Part shown: piece by piece, positions 49,329-62,966 of the stretch
Layout of the letters: each line of letters begins with the position of its first letter
Position numbering within the stretch: position 1 is the first letter of the stretch
Assembly: GCF_046119375.1 (NCBI RefSeq)
Contig: NW_027362764.1
Location: 626,014,001-626,078,000, forward strand
Direction of reading: 5' to 3'
From: Phyllobates terribilis
Taxonomy: Eukaryota
Length of the DNA: 64,000 nt
Position numbers and translations under genes: made by a program
Notes under the pieces: model-generated
The model's input: only the letters and a program-made list of their open reading frames with translations
The model's database searches: none
What the model was told of the DNA's origin: nothing

Positions 49329-51979
49329 TAACTTAATAACTCAGTAGTATTTCTATTAACTTCATTGTTAATTTACCCTTTCTTTATAAGGCTTTTTTAT
49401 TGTGAGGAAAAAATACAACAACATACATTTAACTTGTAGTGGCCATCAGTTACAAAAATATCAGATTTATATACGAAGAAGCAGGAACGCTTCTCTGCTT
49501 ATTAATCCACTAGCTGCAGTAAAGATCAGTTGCACTGAAAAACACATAGGAAGAACTGACCAGAGATGGATCCATTATGAAATGAAACCCATCTAATGAA
49601 AAATATATCATCTAAACCCTATATAAAAAAAATAGTGACCATAAAATAGTCAGTTCAGATTTGTGTTTTAATAAAATCAACAATAATAATATTGAAAAAT
49701 ACTTTTCTTTTCCAGCGTTATGCCATCTTTCAGCACCGTTAGCTATATTAGTGCAACTTACTGACTAGGAAAATGTCAGTGAAACCCAAAAAAGTATAAG
49801 AAAAACTTTTGAAAGTGTTTTTAAATGTTTTGGCGTCAAAAGCAAAGAAGAGAAAAACTTAACAAACCGGTCATGGTAACACAACAAAAGAAACTGTTAA
49901 CATATAGAGGTAGTCATAAACTTTTCTGTGCCTCAATTACTTTACTCTAGAAATGAGCATACTATTTCCTCTTTTTCTCTGATACCACAAATTATGGCTT
50001 ATAAAACTTTCTACTCCCTGGTCTGACCACAACCAAGGTCTACCTTTCCTGCAATTTTACTGCAATGTCTAAGCCTTTCATCACATTTTGGATCAACAAA
50101 GCCAACTTACAATAATTTACAATAGTTCTCTCCAGACCCCAAAGCATAAGGAAAGAGAAAAGAATAAAAAAAACCCCCATAATACTCACATTACCTGTCT
50201 CTTTATTCTTCTTCCACCACTCTCTGTTTCTCTGTCTGGGTCTCTTCTATTCTTCTGGTTCTGAGGCCCATGTGATCACATTGGTGATGATGCATGTTAT
50301 GGGCTTCAGTGTCTAAAGAACCAAAAGAGACCTGTGTAGATGACCTGGAATGTGCGATGTAAGCAGCAAAAAAAAGTCAGATGAGTGCCAAGAGCAGGTG
50401 AGTGTAATGTGCTTTTTTATTTCAACACTTTTTTGACCCTCAAAAAAATTCAGCAAAACTGGATCGCCATCTTGCCACCAATTTGCTGGATTCATGTCAT
50501 TTGAATCCCAAAAATTAATTAACAATCAAATTGAATTTATTATGAACCAATTTATTCTTCTCTGTTAGCAACATAATTGACTTCTTTTGTTCTTATTTGA
50601 ATATACTATTGGGTTCAGAAGACAGATTTTAAGAAGAAATAAAAACTGGGCTATGACCAATGATGAGAACCAGACATCGCTATGTTATGGTGGGTAAAGC
50701 CGCAGTACAAAAATATAAGGAGGCCCTGCTCTAGTTTAATCAGTTGTACTTGAGAAAAGGTAAACTTGATGATTATGTATCTGATTTCAATGTATGTAAT
50801 ATTTGTATGGAAAAAGGAACACACACAATCCAGAAGTAACTAATATGTAACTGTTTTTGACGTTCACTATTTGGTAATGAATGTGTGTTAGAAAAACCTG
50901 AAGCCAGTGACAGTATGTATAGTTATGAATCTAATTAAAATAAAATGTTATTAATGCATATTAGTGATAATTGCGGTAGAGTCCCATTGATTATACACCA
51001 CTAATAAGGTTTTTCTTTTCTTCGGTCAATGTTTCACTCTAGAATACATACAGAACTAAAAGTGCTTGAGAAGAATGCTGAACCTTTGCTAACCTCTTCT
51101 TTCAATATGTTGCAATTATCATTGAAACAAAGATTTGTTTTAAATACCTCTCATCCAGCCCCCATCTGTCTTAATGTGTTCTCAGAGTCATGAGAATACA
51201 AAGGCAGAATTATGTATCATTCCTACCTCCCTTCTATTTTTATCTTTAACTTTTTGCTGCAAAAATAATTTACACTATATATTCTGGTAGATATGAAAAG
51301 TTACATTTAGACTGTAAAACAATCTGCTGTAAAAATCCAACACTAAACAGAAGCAATATGAAACTAATAGTTGTCGAATATAGATTCAATTGAAGAAAAA
51401 CTAGGTTGAAAATAGCATAAGGAATATTTATTAATCAAAAAACATAAATATAGGTTAATTGTGAGAAAATATAGTATTGTGTCAAATCATATTCCTTTTG
51501 CAGACCTTCTGAAAAAAATCTATACAAGTGTCTTCCGGTATCATTTGTGAGAATCCAGTCAACAGTTGGATTTACATTTTGACTTAAAGACGACTATTCA
51601 CCAAATTTTTCAAGTTGAACTGGACACATATTATAATTGTGGCTGCAGAAAACATTTTTTTTATTTCGCCTCTCTGCTGCAAAGATATTAGCAATCAAAG
51701 TATTTGACACTTAATCAGTTAACTGCATTTTTTTTCAAAGTCCAAGTGGGCGTTATCAGACAGTTTTCACTGGGGATGTGTACTTCTTCTCCATGTATGA
51801 TGCAAACAAATCATAAGCAGGCGTCAACACTCAAAGGAAAGAATAACACACCCCCACCATAGCATAGAGCAGATTTCTCAGTGTGTGAAAAGTAATGTCA
51901 GATAGCTCTGATCTCCTTGTCTTACCTCCTGCATAATAAGAAAGCACAGATGACTAATTACTCTTCAGATAAAGTCCTT

Positions 51980-54895
51980 GTGGGAGAAGGGCCAACACAG
52001 CTGAGTTTAGCTGTGTCACATTGCAAAATGTGCTGATTGAACACCTGTAGGGAGGGAGAAGGTCAGAGGAGAAAATACACAGCCTTTCAGGGCATTTGTG
52101 TGTGTGGTGGGCTGGAGGTGGAAGCTCTGAGCTGTTTGTGGCACACATGTTGGACATATGAGATTGCAAGTCTCCAGGTGTGAATTCCTTTGTTAAAGGA
52201 CATGGACGCTGGACTCTAAGCCAGGTGGGCTAAATAGCACTATTGTATGGACTTGTTATTTTATATTTTACCTTCTGCGGACAAAGGCTGTATTTATGTT
52301 TTCTGGTGATGTGATTTATGAGGACTGCAATAAATCAGCCTCACTTTAAATAGAAACAGTTCCTGTGTCTGCCTCTTTAAGAAGCCAAGTGAGTCGATCA
52401 ACCACAGTTGGAGTTAGAAGTGCGGACAAGATCCCCAGGAAGCAAGTGTGATGGCTGTAGACAGACTGCATGTCCTGGGTGAAGACGGCTATGAGCATTG
52501 AACAGCGTTCAGACAAAATGGAGGAGCTGATCAATCACCAGGTCCAAAGCCAACACCAGCAGCACCAGCAACATCTGCAACAGTTGAAGCAGCACAGAGA
52601 ACAGCTGCAGCAGCAGAGGGAGCAACAGCTCCAACAGCAAAAACTGCAGAAGCAGCAGGAGCAGCAGCAGCAGCTGCAGCAGCAACAGCTGGCACAACAG
52701 GAGACAAGTAAGCTGCTTATGAAACAGCTGCAGCAGCAGTAACAGCACCAGCAGCATCCCCAGCAGCAGCAATTCCAACAGCAGCAGCAGCAGCAGTAGA
52801 AGCAACAGAGTCGACAACAGCAGCAGCAGATTGATTTAATCACAGAGGCGGTTCGTGGCACTGCAGCAGCTCCGACTCCAATGTCAGCTTATGATTTCTC
52901 TGTCTGTAAGGCGGTGAGAGCCTTGCAGAAGATGACCCTGAGTGATGACATAGAGACCTTTTTAACCATTTTTGAAAGGTTGCCGATAGAGAGAAACTCC
53001 CGCCAGAGCAGTGGGCGGAAGTCCTGGCGCTATACATAATGGGGGAGCCACAAATGGTCTACTATGATTTGGCTTTACAGGATGCCAAAGAATATGAAAA
53101 ATTGAAAACAGAAATTTTGCCACGCATGCGGCTGACAATGTCTGTCAAGGCACAACGGGTCCACCGCTGGGCATACCACCGTGACAAACCCCCTCGCTCC
53201 CAAATGTTTGATCTGCTGCACCTAGTCAAAAAGTGGTTACAGCGGAGTCCTCGACCCCAGCGCAGATGGTGGAGCAAGTTGTAATGGACCGTTTCGTGCA
53301 CTCCCTTCCGAGCCTGATGCAGACCTGGGTTGCCCAGGGACATACCCGGAACGCCGATGACTTGGTCGGACTGGTCAAAAGAAATCAGGGTGTCAAAGGG
53401 TCCATGGGGAGGCAACCCATTCCATACTGGGGGGGTGGGGCATCCAAAGTGCAAGGGGGTGGCAGAGGTCATGCCAAGGCCCACATCGGGGGATGTAATT
53501 TGCTGGAAATGTCACGGTCCAGGTCATATAGCAGCCCATTGTCCCTTGACCACTGAGCAAATGGACTGTAACATGGGATGCCAGTGTTCTTTCTACACTT
53601 ATCCAGCTTGCAGTGTGGACTGTCCACCCAGCAAGGGACCCTAAGCTTGTCCTGTAACAGTGAATGGCCTGCAAATGACTAGACTACTGGACTCAGGGAG
53701 TTTGGTGACCCTCGTGAGGGACACACTCCCTCTCCAAATGATCCCTGGAAAGAAGGTTGGTGTCCGCTGTATTCACCAGGATGCTAAAGACTATCCGGTG
53801 GCCAGAATGGTCATTGAGACTGCCCAAAGTACTGAGTCCCATGAGGTTGGCGTGGTTCCGGATTTGTTGCATCCAATCATCATAGGCCAGAATTTGTGTT
53901 GTTTTGGAACTTGTGGGGGAGGGGCATAGACTTGGATTACTTGGGTAAGAAACGGGTTAGCCCTTAAAAAGTCTCACCAACTCCAGAGTCTGATGGGTTT
54001 CCCTCTGTGTAATGGGAAATGAGGAGAAAGTAATATTTCCTGAGGCAGACATTCCTGAGATAGGGGTGACCAGACAAAAAATTTAGGCTCACCCAACATA
54101 GAGACCTTTCACTAAAAGAAGCGTTCAAATATGTAACCATCATAAATGGGATAGCACAGGAATCGGGGGCTGACACCAGATTTCCCTATTTTATGTTGAG
54201 TGGGGACTTATTGTATTTAGTTACTAAGGTGAGGGAGGAGATAGTGGAGCAATTATTGGTACCAGGACCCTATAGACAAAGGATGTTGGACAGGGCCCAT
54301 TCACATGTCTTGGATGGCGATCTGGGGGTGGACAAAACTCAAGAATGGGTCATGCAGAGGTACTATTGGCCCAGATGTTACCATGAAATCCTAAAATTTT
54401 GCAAGTCCTGTCCCATCTGCCAGTTAACTGCTGTCACATCTCTATTCCAAAATCCTCTCATGCCAGGGCAACAGAGAAACCAAGTTGAAACTCCATGTGG
54501 GCTGGACAGACCAGAAGGTGACACTAATGGCATCTCTGGGGCAGAGACCCTGTCACCAGCCCAGAAACAACAGTGCCAATAACTGCTTCAGCGGAACCGG
54601 GACCTGTTTTTGGAGCTACCAAGACATACGCAGGTTGATGAACAAGGAATCCTGAAGGAAACACGTGCAGGTGAACCAAAAGCCATATAGAATCCCCGAA
54701 GTCCGCCTCAAGGTGATTTCGAAAGAAGGGGCTAAAATTTACATGTATCTGATACTCTGCGACGATGAACTCACATCAAAGCTAGGTTCAGTCAAATACA
54801 TCATCTCCCTGGACCTGACAAAGGGTTGCTAGCAAATCTTCTCTCAAAGTGTCAAGAAGAAGACAACCTCCTTTTCACCTGATGGTTGCTTCAAG
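51980..54895 (+). mobile_element. Gmr1-like Gypsy LTR retrotransposon remnant (5' LTR, SCAN-type gag, protease, integrase fragment, RT fragment)
   Basis: The LTR ends at ...ACCACA (52406), with AATAAA at about 52330; the LTR start is uncertain. A PBS-like TGGAGTTAGAAGTGCGG at 52409 resembles the complement of the tRNA-Leu(CAA) 3' end. Coding motifs: gag (DDIETFL..FER, SCAN-like segment, CWKCHGPGHIAAHC knuckle), protease (LLDSGS), integrase Zn domain (HSH...YYWP...CKSCPICQ) directly after protease, then RT (SLDLTKG). Confidence 0.88.
52543..52828 (+). repeat. Imperfect (CAG/CAA)n tract in the gag N-terminus
   Basis: About 95 codons dominated by CAG/CAA, with TAA at 52740 and TAG near 52797. 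Confidence 0.9.
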
Positions 54896-57785
54896 TATGA
54901 TGAGCGAGCGCGCTCGCCACTTCTCAGTACTCGCCCGAGCATCACCCTGCTCGACATGCTTGGCGAGTATTTCTGGGGTCGCTTGGGCGGCAGCTCTGGT
55001 CCCCGCCCTGCATGTTTGGCGCTCTTTAGAGAGCCAATGAACATGCAGGGATTGTCTGCCACACACTGTAATGCCGTAGTCATGTTGGTTGTGGCATTAC
55101 AGTGATTGGTTGGCCGTATGGCGTCATCGGGTCTATATAAGACCTGGTGATGCTAGGCTCGTCATAGTCTATCCCGGAAACAGGCTGATTAGAGAGAGGA
55201 GCTGCTGTGTGAGTGACAGAATTGATGGTGTAATAGTTACATATAGGTAGTGGTACTCCAGGAGTATATACAGGTGCTTCTCAATAAATTAGAATATCAT
55301 CAAAAAGTTAATTTATTTCAATTCTTGAATTCAAAAAGTGAAACTCATATATTATATAGAGTCATTACAAACAGAGTGATCTATTTCAAGTGTTTATTTC
55401 TGTTATTGTTGATGATTACGGCTTACAGCCAATGAAAACACAGAGTCAGTATCTCAGTAAATTAGAATAATTAACAAAAAACACCTGCAAAGGTTTCTGA
55501 AGAGTTTAAAAAGGTCCCTTAGTCTGTTTCAGTAGGCTCCACAATCATGGGGAAGACTGTTGACTTGACACATGTCCAGAAGGCAGTCATTGACACACTC
55601 AACAAGGAGGGTAAGCCACAAAAGGTCATTGCTAAAAAAGCTGGCTGATCACAGAGTGCTGTATCTAAGCATAGTAATGGAAAGTTGAGTGGAAGGAAAA
55701 AGTGTGGTAGAAAAAGGTGCACAAGCAACCGGGATAACTGTAGCCTTGAAAGGATTGTTAAGAAAAGGCCATTCAAAAATTTGGGGGGAGATTCACAAGG
55801 AGTGGACTGCTGCTGGAGTTATTGCTTAAAGAGCTACCACACACAGACATATCCAGGACATGGGCTACAAGTGTCGCATTCGTTGTGTCAAGCAACTCAT
55901 GACCATTATGCAACGCCAGAAGCGTCTTACCTGGGACAAGGAGAAAAAGACTTGGACTGTTGCTCAGTGGTCCAAGGTGTTGCTTTCAGAGGAAAAAGTA
56001 AATTTTGCATTTCATTTGGAAATCAAGGTCCCGAGTCTGGAGGAAGAGTGGAGAGGCACACAATTCAAGCTGCTTTAGGTATAGTGTGAAGTTCCCACAA
56101 TCAGTGATGGTTTGGGGAGCCATGTCATCTGCTGGTGTAGGTCCACTGTGCTTTATCAAGACCAAAGTCAGCGCAGCCGTCTACCAGGAAGTTTTAAAGC
56201 ACTTCACGCTGCCCTCTGCCGACAAGCTTTTTGGAGATGGAAATTTCATTCTCCAGCAGCACTAGGCACCTGCCCACACTGCCAAAAGTACCAATACCTG
56301 GTTTAAAAACAACAGTATCACTGTGCTTGATTGGCCAGCAAACTAACCTTAACCTCATAGAGAATCTATGGGGTATTGTCAAGAGGAAGATTAGAGACAC
56401 CAGACCCAACAATGCAGATAAGCTGAAGGCTGCTATCAAAGCAACCTGGGCTTCCATAACAGCTCAGGAGTGCCACAAGCTGATCGCCTCCTTGCCACGC
56501 CGCATTGATGCAGTATTTGATGCAAAAGGAGCCCCGACCAAGTATTGAGTGCATTTACTGAGCATACATTTCAGTAGGTCAACATTTTTGGATTTTAAAA
56601 ACATTTTTCAAACTGTTGTTATAAAGTATTCTAATTTAGTGGACATGTTGCATGCTGAGGCCGAGGCAGAGACCGTGGGCAAGCTGAAATTGTGCCACAA
56701 CAAACACCCACATCTTGTCGCCCGACCTTCCGGTCCCAATTGCTAGGGGACAGCAGCACACCACTACTGAATCCAGAGCAGTGTCAAAAGATTGTTGGTT
56801 GTTGGTTGGATAGCAGATAATACTTTCAGTCACTTTGCCACTATCACCACCACCCTGTCTTCCACACGGTCAAGTCTCTGTAGCCGTGAGTTTGGACCGC
56901 ATAGTCCTCAACCTGATCTTCCTACCTCCCACCATGCCGAGTGACCGGAGACAACTGATCCCACATTTGGACACTGCGAAGAGCTGTTCACTTTTCCATT
57001 TATAGATTCGGGCCTCTCGCCAGGCCAGCTTCAAGCGGGGCAAGAGGAGAACGCGTGTAGCGATGCCCAAATATTTGACCAGCCACGGTCACACGAAGGC
57101 GATGGTGGGAAAGTACAGTTACTGTTGCAAGAGGTGGATGATGATGATGAGACACAATTGCCCGAAAGTCAGGAGGAGGACCAGGGTGCGGAAGCGGAAG
57201 ATGAGGTGGTGGATGATTAAGTCACTGACCCAACCTGGCAAGGTGACATGCAGAGTGAGGACAGCAGCACACAGGGGGAGGGAGGAGTAGCAACAGGCAG
57301 GAACAAGCAGTGTGGTAGCCACACACACAAGGTGGGCAACCGATCCCCAAAACACCAACACGACGGAAGTTGCCAGTACAACTGTTAGGTCTTCCCGAGT
57401 CTGGTTCTTTTTTAAAGGCTCTGCAGATAATCCCAAAACGTCCATTTGCACCACCTGCCATGCCAGCATCAGCAGGGGTACCAAAACAAGCTTTCTGACG
57501 ACCACCAGCATAATCAGGCACATGATAGCAAAGCACCCGACTAAATGGGCTGAACGCCAGGGTCCAGAAACAGTGTCTGCGGGTAACATCACTGCTTGTT
57601 CCGCTCTTGTACGTGCAAGCCAATCCCCTGTCCATGGCGCATGCAAAGATGCCTCCCGCGCTGCACCTGTCGTTGCACACTCTCAGCTAGCACCATCAGC
57701 AACCACATCCATGTCCTTGTCCCAGCGCAGCGTTCAGTTGTCCCTACCCCAGTCCTTTGAACGCAAGTACAAATACGCAGCCAAG
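54896..57785 (+). mobile_element. hAT transposon copy 3 (left end plus N-terminal transposase fragment), interrupted by Tc1 and internally deleted
   Basis: TA-TGATGAGCGAG start inside the Gypsy RT, with a 5' arm to 55270. After the Tc1, 56640-57785 aligns with copy 2 at about 21300-22430, including the BED finger VWFFF...CTTC...IRHMIAKH. Confidence 0.88.
55271..56639 (+). mobile_element. Tc1-like transposon lacking most of its right IR
   Basis: TA|CAGGTGCTTCTCAATAAATTAG left IR. Frameshifted transposase (...VKFPQSVMVWGAMSSAGVG..., NLIENLWGIVKRKIRD...). Only about 12 bp of the right IR remain (TATTCTAATTT). Confidence 0.92.
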
Positions 57786-59570
57786 TCGTATTCTGCATTC
57801 ATGTTGTAGTGCTGAGTCACTGAGCACTGGCCAAGTCCCAGTTTAGGCAGATAAAGAAATGCAAGAACATTGGATAGGGAACTCCTGCAATGGAAAAAGT
57901 TAAATTAAAACCCAACTTTTAATAATCAGCTTTGTAAAAAGATCTTTGGATTATGCACATAGATAAAAATATTTACAGCGCCTAGCTCTTGGAATACTTT
58001 CTATCTATGTATATAATTTAAAGATTTTTTTTTTTAATCAAATTGATAATTTTTAGTGATCTTTGCATGATTTATAATAACTTCTTCAGTTTGTCTAAAA
58101 ATGATGTTTAATGAAGGTGTGTGGGTACCTCGACTAGTCTGGGACCACTATCAATCATTCCAACAGTGCGCTTGTATCATGCTCACAGAGGCATGATTGA
58201 TTTCTAAGGTTTTTCAAGGAGCACAGGGAAGAGAAGAAAAAGTGCCTATTCTCCTCCTCCCTGCTCTGCCTTTACACCGTGGGATGTCAATCAAGCTGCT
58301 GTGGGCACGATATCACTTTGCTGTTGGAATGATTGACAGTAGTTGCAGACTAGCCAAGGTACCTGCACGACTGCATTAAAAATCAGTTTTAAACACACTA
58401 ATAGAGGAAAAATTAAAAAGGTACTAAGAGGCTGATAAGGTGCTCCCAATACCTAAGAAATGTAAATCTTGCAGGCAGGTTCCCTTTAAGAATTTGTCAC
58501 AGCATTATTTATAAGAGTTTTTAATTTTGTAACTTTGAAACACGCATTTTTTGGCATTTTTCATGCAGTGGGACTAGAGTGCATTTTTGTTAAAATTGTG
58601 TTACTTTTTAAAAAGTCACAGTTGATGAATCAGACCCAAACATTTGGAAAACAAAGCCCATGTCCACAATGGTGAACATACAAAAAAAAAATAAACAGGT
58701 TAATGCACATAAAATAGACTTTAAAAAGGATTCGAATTAAAATAAGAATTTATCACAAATCAAAAACTTGGCTGAAAATACCAAAATGCTAGCTAAATAG
58801 ATGCCGCAAAAGCAATAATTAATCGAGCTGTTACAATGTAGAATTTTTAAAAATTTGCTATAGACTTCAAAGTAAAATTTGTTTTTGATTAAAAAAAAAA
58901 GCAGAGCGAAACACCAGCCATAAAAATGCTGCTTTAAACTTTTCCTTCTTTATGCGAAAACTGCACCAAAAACAGCATTAAAAACTTCATGTGTGAATCC
59001 AGGAGTACATTGAGCTACATAAAAAATGCTATAATCTTGGCTGAATAGCATTGTAGGAGGAATAAATCTAATATTTTAATGATTGAAAAGTTATTACTTC
59101 TAGGAATTTTTAGGTGATGATGTTTGTTCATTTACAGATTTTTCCTGGCAAGTCACAAATCTAAGAACCAGAAGTAAGACTTGTTAGTGAGAATTGTATG
59201 TATTTATTTTTGAAGGAACAGCTCTCATCCATCACTCGTTACAGTCCATATAAATGTTTTAATTTGCCATTTATCATCAGTAGTCACATTTAAATCATTG
59301 CTGAATGAGCTTACTGCCAGACATCATGGGCCAAGAGCAAAACGGGGGAGGGGTATACAGTTATATAGTTTTAATTTAAGAAAGAAAAAGATTAGATTTA
59401 CTATCAGTTTACATTTTGATACACATCATTCATTTCAGTGGTTTTCATCTGTGAAACTACCAAAATGCACTATCCTTCCAAATAATTTTAAGTACAATTT
59501 CATTGCTTCAGTTAGTCCCATTCCAAAACAAGTCCCAGGAATAGTTGATTCTGAGAGGTACTGTATTTAC

Positions 59571-59944
59571 TTAAAGGGGTATTCCCATCTCCAAGATCCT
59601 ATCCCAATATGTAGTAGGTGTAAATGTAAGCAAATACCTCCAATTAGAAATGTATTATAGTTCTTCTGACTAGTTATGCTGCTTACCCCATGTGCAGGGC
59701 TTTGCAGTAGCTTAGCTATACAAGTTATATACCACTAGCAACTAACTTACTAACTAACTGCCATTATATGAGTGGTCATAACCATTGATACCTAAGCTAC
59801 TGCAATTCCCTGTACATGGGGAAGGAACATAACAAATCAGAAGAACTATACTACATTTCTAATTGGAGGATTTTGCTGCTAATATTATTATTATTAACAC
59901 CTACTACATATTGGGGCAGGATCTTTGAGATGGGAATACTTTAA
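59571..59944. mobile_element. T2/Kolobok-type TTAA MITE with long terminal inverted repeats
   Basis: TTAAAGGGGTATTCCCATCTC...GAGATGGGAATACTTTAA; arms of about 150 bp are reverse complements. Confidence 0.85.
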
Positions 59945-60556
59945 TGATCACTTAATGTTCTTCTACGCAGTTCTCTACAACACTTTAACATATGAGTGTT
60001 GTCAGGTGCTTGATGCCATACTGCACTCCATTGGTCTACAGAAACAATGTCTCAAAGTGGGTGAAATGCTGTTGTACATTTAGCAGCTGGTCATCTGCTT
60101 CCTATAATCTACTTTCTAGTGGGTAACATAAGCGGCAACAACACTTGGAAAATTTGAAAAATCTGTTGCCTGCACTAATATGCTTATATTTGGGTATACA
60201 TAGAATTGAAAGAGGTCCTATTGATGTCCAAGAGAATATACCCTTATTTTCTTCAACAAAATTGTTCCGATAATTACTTTGAACAAACAATCACTTTGAT
60301 ACAGTAAAATGCTGAAAGAGACTTCATTAAATCTGACTCTGCACTCTGTGACTGTTGGGAGAATAGGTCACATCATGCACACAATTTGTTAAGGCCTGGA
60401 AGACCAGGGTGATAGACTTTTTGTCCACATGGAGAAATGAGGTGGAACTGTAACATCTTGGGGAATGGGAACAATGACATCAATGTTTCTTCTGTAAAAG
60501 TCATAATTACTCTTGAGTTACTGAGTTACTCATTTTTAAAGGAAAAATCCACATTA

Positions 60557-61898
60557 GGCTATGTGCACATGAAGCGTTTTTACTGCGTTTCCGTGGCGTT
60601 TTTTTTCACCGTGGAAACGCTGCGAAAACGCTTGTTAATAGGTCTGCCAGCTCTAGCAATGGTAATCCTGATGTGCTGTGCACATGATGTGGAAATTTCC
60701 GCTCAGGATTACTATTGTAGTAAAAACCGCAGCATGACCATTGTGTGGGCGTTTCCGCCGCAAATTCGCACCCATTGACTTGAATTGAGCTGCAGCAAAT
60801 CCGCAGGAATAATATTTATACCTGCGGATTTTCTGGGTTTCAATTAAAGCCAATAGCCACAAATTTGAGGCAGAAACGCGGTGCGGGTGGTACCCGGGTT
60901 GGGAGAGGACTACTACTCCTCTCATCTGACCACCGCTCCCGCTGATAACAGCGAGACCGGGTGGGCTGGGGTGAGCAGTTGTCTCCTCTGCCAAGCCGGC
61001 GTGCCCGCGGTGAAAAGAAGAAAAAAAAAAAGTAAACCACTTTACTTTGCAGTTAGTAATGGAAGGCGTTTTATAGAGGCCCTCCTTTACTAATCTGGGC
61101 TTCATGTCGGCCACTTCACGCAGCGTCAAAACTGCAGAGGCTCGTGATCGTGGCCACGTACCCAAACTCACCTGCAGCATGTTAATTTCTGTAGCGGACA
61201 TGCTAGTCTCTGCTGCAGATTTTGAAGTGTCATTATATGCGGTGGATTCACATGTACCAACAACAAAAGTGCGGCATTAGAACACCGCGTTTTGGATGCT
61301 GCAAAAATACACTGCTTCCAAAGCGCTGCTTGTTGCTGATCGGGGGGACATAGGGGCTAACCAAACAGCTGTGAGCTGTTAATAATGGCCAGGGACCATG
61401 TCTGCAAATGGCACCTTGCTAGGTTAAAATAGCAGCTCTCAGCTGCCGCATAAATTACATGAATGGAAATGCTAGAAAGATTGGGCGAATGGGATTAGCT
61501 GACACCTGTCTCTTTTGTTTGGTGATGACAAGGTGTCAATCAGACCCTTTCATCATCAGACCTAATTAAAGTAAAGTGTTAAATAAACACACGAAGAGCA
61601 AACACTTTATTTGAAATACAACAGACACATTCTTTAATCATTTAAATTAACCAATATACTCACCCCAGTTCTGATGGTGAGCCAAGGGTTTAAGCAATGT
61701 CCCGCAAATAACTTTATTTAGCTCCAAAAAGCGTTCATTGATGTACAAAAAGGCTTCAAAGAACGCTTCAAAAAACGTATAAAAAAGCGTCAAAAATGCG
61801 TCAAAAACACGCGGGTTTTCCTCAGCATTTTTCCTGCCAAGGAGATGCAGAAACGCTCGGAAATTTCTGCTTCAAATCCTGACCATGCACACACAGCC
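60557..61898. mobile_element. PIF/Harbinger-type non-autonomous element (1.3 kb)
   Basis: TTA|GGCTATGTGCACATG...CATGCACACACAGCC|TAA with AAACGC-rich subterminal repeats. Confidence 0.7.
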
Positions 61899-62075
61899 TA
61901 AAGCTGATTTTTTTTACATGCTATGAGAAGATATGATCAAATTGGACAATAACAATGAACCACCTCCAGCTTCCTATAGAAATAGGCTAATATAGCTATA
62001 GGATTGTTTGACTACATGGCTGCATTGCTATCAAGCCAACAAAATAAAGAAAATAAAAATCCAAAATAGAATTTA

Positions 62076-62966
62076 CAGTGGTGTGAAAAAGTGTTTACCC
62101 CCTACCTAATAACTGGTTGGACCACCCTTAGCAGCAACAACTGCAATCAAGCATGCAAACAATCAATAAGTCATACTCTGTGGACTGACGAGACAAAAGT
62201 TGAACTTTTTGGAAGGTATATGTCCCATTACATCTGGCATAGAAATAGCACAGCATTTCCGAAAAGAAACATCATACCAACAGTAAAATATGGTGGTAGT
62301 AATGTGATGGTCTGCGGCTATTTTGCTACTTCAAAACCTGGAAGACTTGCAGTGGTAAATGGTACAATGAATTCTACTGTCTACCAAAAAATCCTGAAAG
62401 AGAATGTCCTGCCATCTATTCATGACCTCAAACTGAAGAGCACTTGGGTTATGCAGCAGGACAATGATCCAAAGCACACCAGCAAGTCCACCTCTGAATG
62501 GCTTAAGAAAAACAAAATTAAGACTTTGGAGTGGCCTAGTCAAAGTCCTGACCTTAATCCGATTGAGATGCTGTGGCATGACCTTAAAAAGGCCACGCTC
62601 AGAAACGCTCCAATGTGGCTGAATTACAACAATTTTGCAAAGATGAGTAGGTCAAAATTCCTCCAGAGTGTTGTATAAGACTCATTGCCAGTTACTGCAG
62701 GAGCTTGATTGCAGTTGTTGCTGCTAAGGGTGGCCCAACCAGTTATTAGGTTTAGGGGGCAATCACTTTTTTACACAGGGCACTGTAGGTTTGGATTTCT
62801 TTTTTCCTTAATAATAAAGACTTTCATTTAAAAACTGCATTTTGTATTTACTTATGTTATCTCTGTCTAATATTTAAATTTGTTTTGTGATCTGAAACAT
62901 TTACGTGTGACAAACATGCGAAAGAATAAGAAATCAGGAAGGGGCAAACACTTTTTCACACCACTA
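62076..62966 (+). mobile_element. Internally deleted Tc1 transposon
   Basis: TA|CAGTGGTGTGAAAAAGTGTTT...AAACACTTTTTCACACCACTA|TA. The DDE half is open ([11 protein letters not shown]...QQDNDPKHTSK...[15 protein letters not shown]); the DNA-binding half is deleted. Confidence 0.93.

Noticed and set aside
59138-59173. 36-bp candidate micro-exon (TTTACAG|...CCAGAA|GTAAGA)
   Set aside because: The splice-like motifs are good, but there is no partner exon or recognisable peptide; such motifs are expected by chance in 64 kb.
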